A stretch of 64,000 bases of DNA, taken from IMG/VR virus record IMGVR_UViG_3300032285_000709, positions 10,856-74,855 of that record; one strand, given 5' to 3'. The notes beneath the pieces were generated by a model that saw only the letters and a program-made list of their open reading frames with translations, ran no database searches and was not told where the DNA came from. A program made the translations under genes and the position numbers. Positions within the stretch are counted from its first letter, which is position 1. Each line of letters begins with the position of its first letter. Of the stretch, positions 57,296 to 64,000 are shown piece by piece. Source of the DNA: a virus.

Positions 57296-59965
57296 ATGAG
57301 TTATATCGATGCCATCTGGGATCGTGACAATGACCGTGTACGTGTCGTTGAGCGTGATCCAAAAAAAGGTCGAATCTATGTCGACTATCCCGCAAGGTAC
57401 GTGTTTTATTATCCAGATAATAAAGGCAAGTACAAATCAATTTACGGCGAAAGCCTATCAAAAGTTTCTTGCAAAACATTCAAAGAGTTTGCCAAAGAAC
57501 AAAAAATTCACTCAGGTCACAGACTGTTTGAGAGTGACATTAACGCATCATTCCGTATCCTAGAAGAAAACTATCTAGGCAAGGATGCGCCAAAACTAAA
57601 TGTAGCCTTTTTCGACATTGAGGTGGACTTTGATCCAGAACGTGGATATGCTTCTCCAGAAGATGCATTTATGCCAATTACTGCTATCTCAGTTCACCTA
57701 CAGTGGTTAGACACTATGGTTACATTAGCTATTCCTCCAAAAGGTCTTAAGATGGAGGATGCTGAGAAGTTAGTTGAAGAATTTCCTAACACTCACTTGT
57801 TTGAAAGTGAAGCAGAGATGCTTGACACTTTCCTAAAACTAATCGAAGATGCAGATATTATTAGCGGTTGGAACTCGGAAGGTTATGATATTCCCTATAC
57901 TGTTAATCGTGTCACAAAGGTATTGAGTAAAGAAGACACACGTAGATTCTGCCTGTGGGATCAATTCCCAAAGAAACGTGAATATGAAAAATATGGCAAG
58001 TCCGCAGTAACATACGACTTTGTTGGTCGCGTACACTTAGATAGTCTCGAACTGTATCGCAAGTATACGTATGAAGAACGTCATACATATCGACTAGACG
58101 CTATCGGTGAAATGGAAGTAGGCGAAAACAAAACAGTTTATGAAGGCACACTCGACCAACTGTACAACAATGACTTCCGTAAGTTTATTGAATATAACAG
58201 ACAAGATACTGCACTACTTGATAAGCTAGACAAGAAGCTAAAGTTTATTGACCTCGCCAATACACTGGCACATGAATGTACTGTATTGCTACAGACTACA
58301 ATGGGTGCCGTGGCTGTAACTGAGCAAGCTATCGTAAACGAAGCTCATCATAGAGGACTAATTGTTCCAAGTCGACCAAAGCGTGATGAGAATGCAGATA
58401 ATCAAGCGGCAGGTGCTTATGTTGCGTATCCAAAGAAAGGTCTTCATGACTGGATTGGATCCGTTGACATTAACTCACTTTATCCATCAGCGATTCGTGC
58501 GCTTAACATGGGTCCAGAAACTATTATCGGTCAGTTGCGACAAGATTATACACAAGCAGAAATTGATGCCAAAATGGCCAAGGGCAATTCGTTTGCCGCG
58601 GCATGGGAAGGTAAGTTCGGCAGTAATGAATATGAGTTTGTTATGGCCAAAGATAAAGCCAATGATATTACTATAGAATGGGAGTCTGGAGAGGTCGACG
58701 TTTTGAGCGGGGCTCAGATCTATGAAATGATCTTTGAATCAAATCAATCTTGGATGCTCAGTGCCAATGGTACAATTTTCACATATGAAAACGAAGGTAT
58801 TATTCCTGGATTACTTGCCCGTTGGTACAGTGAACGTAAGGACATGCAAAAGAAATTAAAAGAGGCAATAAATGCAGGAAACAAAATTGAAGAAGAATAC
58901 TGGGACAAACGTCAGTTGGTTAAGAAAATTAACCTCAATAGTCTATATGGTGCTATTCTTAACGCTGGTTGCAGGTTCTTTGATAAGCGCATTGGTCAAT
59001 CCACTACCCTTACAGGCCGATGCATTGCTCGTCATATGGCCGCAAAAATAAATGAAGTAATTTGTGGAGAATATGATTATAAAGGTCGCAGTATCATTTA
59101 TGGCGACACAGACTCTGCATATTTCTCGGCTTATACAACATTAAAGACAGATATTGATAAAGGCCGTTTACCTTGGGATAAAGAAACTGTTGTTCAACTG
59201 TACAATCAGATCGCAGATGAAGTAAATGCTACATTCCCGCAGATGATGTTAGACTTCTTCCATTGTCCAAAGAGTCGCGGCGAAGTTATTAAAGCTGGTC
59301 GTGAATTGGTTGCTATCAAAGGCTTGTTCATTACTAAGAAACGGTATGCTGTTCTTTATTACGATAAAGAAAACAAACGTGCAGACGTAGATGGCAAGCC
59401 AGGTAAGATCAAGGCTATGGGCTTAGATTTGAAGCGGAGTGATACGCCAGAATTTATGCAGAAGTTCTTGGAAGAGATCCTAACTAAAGTACTTAACGGT
59501 GCCGAAGAAAAAGAAATCTTAGATCGCATTGGTGAATTCCGAACCGAATTTAAAGTTCGTCCAGGATGGGAAAAAGGATCACCTAAGCGGGCCAACAACA
59601 TCACAGAATATCGCGAGAAAGAAAAGAAAGCAGGTAAGGCCAATATGCCAGGCCATGTACGTGCAAGTATTAACTGGAACGTATTGCGAGAAATGAACGG
59701 TGACAAGTATTCTATGCAGATTGTTGACGGAATGAAAGTTATTGTTTGCAAGGTTCGCGATAACCCTATGGGCTATACAAGTATTGCATATCCTGTAGAC
59801 GAATTAAGATTGCCCAAGTGGTTCCAGGAATTACCATTTGATCATTCTGAAATGGAAACAACAATTATCAATAATAAACTTGATAACCTGATTGGCGTGT
59901 TGGAATGGGACTTAAACTCAACCACACAAAATAATACGTTTGGTAATTTGTTCACATTTGAATAA
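57296..59965 (+). CDS. family B DNA polymerase (gp43-like)
   Basis: FDIE exo I, GWNSEGYD, YNRQD, DINSLYPS, K.NLNSLYG, YGDTDS, KKRY. Confidence 0.97.
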   Translation: MSYIDAIWDRDNDRVRVVERDPKKGRIYVDYPARYVFYYPDNKGKYKSIYGESLSKVSCKTFKEFAKEQKIHSGHRLFESDINASFRILEENYLGKDAPKLNVAFFDIEVDFDPERGYASPEDAFMPITAISVHLQWLDTMVTLAIPPKGLKMEDAEKLVEEFPNTHLFESEAEMLDTFLKLIEDADIISGWNSEGYDIPYTVNRVTKVLSKEDTRRFCLWDQFPKKREYEKYGKSAVTYDFVGRVHLDSLELYRKYTYEERHTYRLDAIGEMEVGENKTVYEGTLDQLYNNDFRKFIEYNRQDTALLDKLDKKLKFIDLANTLAHECTVLLQTTMGAVAVTEQAIVNEAHHRGLIVPSRPKRDENADNQAAGAYVAYPKKGLHDWIGSVDINSLYPSAIRALNMGPETIIGQLRQDYTQAEIDAKMAKGNSFAAAWEGKFGSNEYEFVMAKDKANDITIEWESGEVDVLSGAQIYEMIFESNQSWMLSANGTIFTYENEGIIPGLLARWYSERKDMQKKLKEAINAGNKIEEEYWDKRQLVKKINLNSLYGAILNAGCRFFDKRIGQSTTLTGRCIARHMAAKINEVICGEYDYKGRSIIYGDTDSAYFSAYTTLKTDIDKGRLPWDKETVVQLYNQIADEVNATFPQMMLDFFHCPKSRGEVIKAGRELVAIKGLFITKKRYAVLYYDKENKRADVDGKPGKIKAMGLDLKRSDTPEFMQKFLEEILTKVLNGAEEKEILDRIGEFRTEFKVRPGWEKGSPKRANNITEYREKEKKAGKANMPGHVRASINWNVLREMNGDKYSMQIVDGMKVIVCKVRDNPMGYTSIAYPVDELRLPKWFQELPFDHSEMETTIINNKLDNLIGVLEWDLNSTTQNNTFGNLFTFE

Positions 59966-59970
59966 TTTAC

Positions 59971-59999
59971 TTGACTTTGATTCAAAATCTAAATATAAT
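59971..59999 (+). promoter_or_regulatory. composite promoter TTGACT-17-TATAAT overlapping TAAATA
   Basis: both boxes present. Confidence 0.7.
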
Positions 60000-60017
60000 A
60001 TATAAAAGGACTTTAAC

Positions 60018-60752
60018 ATGAAAGATATTTTACAAGACATCGTATCACATACGCACAACCTAGGATTTTTAGAAGTAGTTAAGATCACAGGAACAGAAGA
60101 CAAGACTCAAATCGACTCTGTTGCAGGAGACAGATCGATTGTATTAACAGCAGAAACTGCGAATCCCCAACCAGACATGGTCGGTGTTTTCGGTATGCCA
60201 CAACTTAACAAACTAAAAATCCATTTAGATTGCCCGGAATATAAAGAGGATGCAAAAATTACTCTTGTTAAGGGTCAGCGAAATGGTGAAGACATTCCTG
60301 TAGGATTACATTTCGAGAACAAAGGCGGCGACTTTAAAAACGATTATCGTTTTATGAATCAAGCCGTTATTGAAGAGAAGTTAAAGGTTCCTAAGTTCAA
60401 AGGCGTTAACTGGGATATCACTATTACTCCTACTGTCGCAAGTGTACAGCGTTTTAACTTCCAAGCAAGTGCTAACTCAGAACACTCAACATTTGTTGCA
60501 AAAACAGATGGCGACAAATTGAAGTTTACATTCGGTGATGTTAATACACACGCAGGTGAATTTGTTTTTGCTGATGGTCTTACAAGCAAGATTACTGCTA
60601 ACCTAAGCTGGCCAGTTGCACAAGTATTAAGCATCTTGAAAATTGCAGATGTTAACAATACTAAAATGAGTATTAGTAACCAAGGTGCGTTGAAGATCAC
60701 CTTAGACAGCGGTCTTGCAACATACGAATACATTTTACCAGCGCAGGCCTAA
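60018..60752 (+). CDS. putative sliding clamp (PCNA/gp45-like)
   Basis: size 244 aa, position after polymerase, C-terminal YEYILPA. Confidence 0.65.
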   Translation: MKDILQDIVSHTHNLGFLEVVKITGTEDKTQIDSVAGDRSIVLTAETANPQPDMVGVFGMPQLNKLKIHLDCPEYKEDAKITLVKGQRNGEDIPVGLHFENKGGDFKNDYRFMNQAVIEEKLKVPKFKGVNWDITITPTVASVQRFNFQASANSEHSTFVAKTDGDKLKFTFGDVNTHAGEFVFADGLTSKITANLSWPVAQVLSILKIADVNNTKMSISNQGALKITLDSGLATYEYILPAQA

Positions 60753-60753
60753 T

Positions 60754-61149
60754 ATGATTAAAGGTATTACACAACAAGGCAGTTTTATTACGGTGTCTAA
60801 CGGCTCGCCTAGTACCACATACATATCAGCAGGTTCAGTCGGATCAGGCATGATGAGATACAACGGCAACATGAACTGTATCGAAGTTAATGACGGTAGT
60901 ATGTGGAAACAATTAGAATCAAGTTATGCAACTGTTGGGTTAACTCCAGAAGCAGAATCTATTTTGCAGTGGGCTAGGCAAAAACGTAACGAAGAACTAG
61001 AAATGACTGCGCTTGGTAAGACTCATCCTGCTGTTAAAATTGCATTAGAAAACCTAAATAAAGCAGAACAACAATTAAAGGCCACTATAATCCTAAGCAG
61101 AGAAACTGCAAATGATTACGGTGACGCGGAGGTAATGCAAGCACCATGA
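60754..61149 (+). CDS. hypothetical protein
   Basis: ORF; start reassigned to 60754. Confidence 0.7.
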   Translation: MIKGITQQGSFITVSNGSPSTTYISAGSVGSGMMRYNGNMNCIEVNDGSMWKQLESSYATVGLTPEAESILQWARQKRNEELEMTALGKTHPAVKIALENLNKAEQQLKATIILSRETANDYGDAEVMQAP

Positions 61150-62702
61150 AACAACAGGCTAATTTAACACCGTTACAAAAAGACTATGCTGTATACCTTC
61201 CTGCTATTTCAGGATTTTATCAAACATATATTTCTAAACAAAGACAAGAAAAGTTTATTCCAGATGACCGCGTTCCGGCAGGATTTGATCGCGGCATTGA
61301 AGGCATGAACTTCCTTAATCCAGAAGAAGGATACTTTACTTACAAGTATGGTTTGTATTCAGCAGGTCACGCACAATTAGATCTTAACAAGTCAATGACG
61401 CAAGAATCAATGATCCAACAACGCGATCGTGCTAACACAATGATCTTAGGCGACTCGGGTGGATATCAGATTGGTAAGGGCGTTCTTAAATTTGATTGGT
61501 TAGACTTTGAAGGTCCTAGTGCTAATAAAACTCGTCAAAGTATTTTAGAATGGCTTGAGCTAACTGCTGACTGGTCAATGATGCTAGACGTTCCTACTTG
61601 GGCATGTGACCATGTGCATAGTCCAAAGACTGGTCTAAAGACTGTCGAAGATTGTTTAGAAAAGACCAAATTCAATAACAAATACTTCTTAGAAAATCGT
61701 TTAGGACAAACTAAGTTCTTAAACGTGCTTCAAGGATGGGATTGGGATTCGGCTGAAGATTGGTATCAAGGCGTAAAAGAATTTAGCGATCCTGCTGTAT
61801 GGGGCGATAAGGCCGCAGAAGGTTGGGCCTTTGGTGGTGCTAATATGTGTAAAATGGATATCACGCTTAAACGTCTAATGACCTTACGCGAAGATGGGTT
61901 GCTCAAAGGAAAGAACTGGATTCACTTCTTAGGTACTGCACAACTAGACTGGGCATGTTACTTAACCAGCATCCAGCGTCAAATCCGTAAGCATATTAAT
62001 CCAGAACTTACAATTAGTTTTGACTGCGCAAGTCCGTTTATTGCTACTGCGCATGGATTAGTTTATACTAACGCACAACATACAACTAAACGCTGGTCAG
62101 TTATTATGGACAAGGCTCCTGATAATAAGAGTCTTGCTAAACGTCACGATATACCTTTCCCGTTTGAAAGCGAGTTTGGTCGTAGACTTACTATAGCAGA
62201 TATTTGCCATTATGCTCCGGGTATGTTGAACAAGATCGGCAAGGAAGGTAAAACTTCTTGGGATAGTTTTGGTTATGCATTAATGATGGGACATAACGTC
62301 GAATGTCATATCAAGGCTGTACAACGTGCAAATGCTTTGATGGATATTGAGTGTGCCAAGGCCCAACCAAATTGGCGCCATTGGAAGAAACTTAAAGATT
62401 CTGAAACAGGTAGTGATCAATATTCAGATTGGGTTCCACGTAACATTTTGTATTTTAATGTATTCGTAGAAGAATTGTTCAATACTAAAACCAAAGCAGA
62501 AGCATTCCAAATGATTGACGATGCTAAACCAATGCTATCTAATATGATGGGTATGCGGTTACGTGGTGGCAATGCCGAAAACAACTTTAGCAGTTTGTTT
62601 GATACCGAAGAAGTAGTATTGGACAAAACTGTAAGCCCTGTAACTGCAATGCCAGAGCTCGACGAAGATAAACTCGAAGCATTAGAAATTGATAACGACT
62701 AA
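61146..62702 (+). CDS. dpdA: TGT-fold DNA transglycosylase (DpdA-like)
   Basis: GDSGGYQ, MLDVP, NVLQG, GWAFGG, IHFLG, SFD. Confidence 0.8.
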   Translation: MKQQANLTPLQKDYAVYLPAISGFYQTYISKQRQEKFIPDDRVPAGFDRGIEGMNFLNPEEGYFTYKYGLYSAGHAQLDLNKSMTQESMIQQRDRANTMILGDSGGYQIGKGVLKFDWLDFEGPSANKTRQSILEWLELTADWSMMLDVPTWACDHVHSPKTGLKTVEDCLEKTKFNNKYFLENRLGQTKFLNVLQGWDWDSAEDWYQGVKEFSDPAVWGDKAAEGWAFGGANMCKMDITLKRLMTLREDGLLKGKNWIHFLGTAQLDWACYLTSIQRQIRKHINPELTISFDCASPFIATAHGLVYTNAQHTTKRWSVIMDKAPDNKSLAKRHDIPFPFESEFGRRLTIADICHYAPGMLNKIGKEGKTSWDSFGYALMMGHNVECHIKAVQRANALMDIECAKAQPNWRHWKKLKDSETGSDQYSDWVPRNILYFNVFVEELFNTKTKAEAFQMIDDAKPMLSNMMGMRLRGGNAENNFSSLFDTEEVVLDKTVSPVTAMPELDEDKLEALEIDND

Positions 62703-63280
62703 TGGACTTTATATCTGAGTATCAATTATCAGACATTACTATCTGTGACGAACTTCTAAGGCTTTTTAGACTTGCAGATAGTAATGGTTTAACCAATCCT
62801 GGTGTTACAGGAGCGGATGAACAAATTAGACCAGAATACAAAGACAGCGTTGATTTTCATTTGGGCGATGCAAGGACGTTAGGCAAACCTCAAGACTTTA
62901 AATGGCCAAACTACCACGCTGAATTGTCCGGATTCATTGACAAGTATTGCACAGATGCTAAAATATATGAACACGCTGGCAAATTTACTATACGCGATTT
63001 ACCACAAATACAGTGGTACAAACCTAGTGCAGGTTATCACGCATGGCATATTGATGGCGGTCATGAGTTCTGCGATCGTGCAATAACATTTTTAACTTAT
63101 TTGAATACAGTACCAAATGGCGGAACTGAATTTTTGCATCAGAACAGAGTTGTTGAAGCGGTCAAAGGCAAGACAGTTTTGTTTCCAACTGCATACACGC
63201 ATATTCATCGAGGACAGATTACTGCGAACCTCGACAAATATATTTTAATTGGCTGGCTTTGGTGGGATAACGAAAGATGA
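62702..63280 (+). CDS. 2OG-Fe(II) oxygenase
   Basis: WHID, YLN, GGTEF, HIHRG, KY. Confidence 0.88.
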   Translation: MDFISEYQLSDITICDELLRLFRLADSNGLTNPGVTGADEQIRPEYKDSVDFHLGDARTLGKPQDFKWPNYHAELSGFIDKYCTDAKIYEHAGKFTIRDLPQIQWYKPSAGYHAWHIDGGHEFCDRAITFLTYLNTVPNGGTEFLHQNRVVEAVKGKTVLFPTAYTHIHRGQITANLDKYILIGWLWWDNER

Positions 63281-63828
63281 AACGAGATTACGACTCTGGT
63301 GTAGCAACAGATATTATGTTCTTCACAGGTATTGAGATTGAAAAGACTCCTGCTTACGGAATGAAAACTCTGTTTGTTGTAGGCACACACGATCCTCAAA
63401 CAGTATTACATATTGCCAACGATACTCAAGCATTACTCGATGAGAGTAAGCGTATCAAACACATCTACTTCGGTGCTAATCAAAGTTTTCCTAAACTTCA
63501 AACTAACGATGCTGATGGCTGGGGTCCTTGGGAATATATGATACAAGAATGTCTTGATGCAGGATACTGGTGTACTTTGGATTTTGACGTAAGTGTAGTA
63601 GAAGGTGTTCTCGAAAGTGCTCTTGTAGAGCATCGCCAATTCATTCCACAAATTTCGGTTAAATTGCCCTACTTGACACAGCTAGGATATAATGCTACAA
63701 TTAAGTTAGACGACAAAGATTTTGCCGCAACTAATCATGGGGTTTGGTGCCATAACCTACATGACCTACTTGATAGAAATAAATTTACAAGTTGGGACCA
63801 ATATGGTAAGGATGAGATTATTAAATGA
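63277..63828 (+). CDS. hypothetical protein in deazaguanine cluster
   Basis: coupled ORF; HIYFGANQSF. Confidence 0.75.
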   Translation: MKRDYDSGVATDIMFFTGIEIEKTPAYGMKTLFVVGTHDPQTVLHIANDTQALLDESKRIKHIYFGANQSFPKLQTNDADGWGPWEYMIQECLDAGYWCTLDFDVSVVEGVLESALVEHRQFIPQISVKLPYLTQLGYNATIKLDDKDFAATNHGVWCHNLHDLLDRNKFTSWDQYGKDEIIK

Positions 63829-64000
63829 GTATTGAAACTATTAAAGAAGCCGCACAAAGACAAATTTGGGTCACCTTTCAAAAGGAAGGCATTCACTGCT
63901 ACCCTGCCGCGGCAACAGACCCAGCACTTGCTACAGGAGATGAATATGATGTATCGTTCCTTGGTACTCCTCATCGTCACATTTTCCATTTTCGGGTGTC
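63825..64000 (+). CDS. QueD-paralog T-fold protein (DpdL-like), 3' truncated by window
   Basis: EGIHCYP...FLGTPHRHIFHFRV (LxxxHRHxF); not in ORF track. Confidence 0.65.
   Translation, partial: MSIETIKEAAQRQIWVTFQKEGIHCYPAAATDPALATGDEYDVSFLGTPHRHIFHFRV

Noticed and set aside
1-64000. Bacterial chromosome origin suggested by dnaK, clpAP, sufCD, sod, def
   Set aside because: Interspersed with virion, lysis and T4-like replication genes, late TAAATA boxes and phage-type small ORFs
1-64000. tRNA, rRNA, CRISPR array, IS/transposase, intron or intein
   Set aside because: No cloverleaf, repeat-spacer array or transposase motif seen; polymerase, ClpA and PhoH are uninterrupted and of normal length
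1-64000. Alternative genetic code (stop reassignment)
   Set aside because: Long intact ORFs under code 11, with TAA, TGA and TAG all used as stops at sensible gene ends

Overview
A gene-dense, AT-rich, almost entirely + strand segment of a large tailed bacteriophage genome (T4-superfamily/jumbo-like myovirus, standard genetic code). The DnaK sequence suggests a betaproteobacterial (Burkholderiales-like) host; this is inference. Order of content: (1) 1-23.4 kb, accessory/early region with dnaK 3' end, many small hypothetical and membrane ORFs, DEDDh exonuclease, MBD4-like glycosylase, MazG-like protein, clpP, queD, HAD nucleotidase, 2OG-Fe(II) oxygenase, uvsE, Fe/Mn SOD and a degenerate sufC-sufD pair; (2) 23.5-37.1 kb, virion structural genes including a 3129-aa fibre-like protein; (3) 37.2-41.3 kb, stand-alone DnaE fragment, groES, cytidylyltransferase, clamp loader, phoH; (4) 42.7-46.2 kb, expanded lysis cassette; (5) dnaJ, peptide deformylase, clpA; (6) 51-56.6 kb, a cluster of proteins with T4 capsid-targeting-like N-termini and internal [ILV]xE sites, including a 1026-aa protein with three nucleotidyl-transfer domains; (7) family-B DNA polymerase, sliding clamp and a 7-deazaguanine DNA-modification cluster (DpdA-like, DpdL-like). 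Intergenic DNA is rich in regulation: near-perfect sigma70 promoters, several apparently giving leaderless mRNAs (two via micro-ORFs), TAAATA late promoters, promoters embedded in RBS-sequestering hairpins, a pseudoknot upstream of queD, twin hairpins upstream of the polymerase and a multi-stem RNA upstream of sod. No tRNA, rRNA, CRISPR array or IS element was seen. All functional calls come from motif recognition by eye, without database searches.
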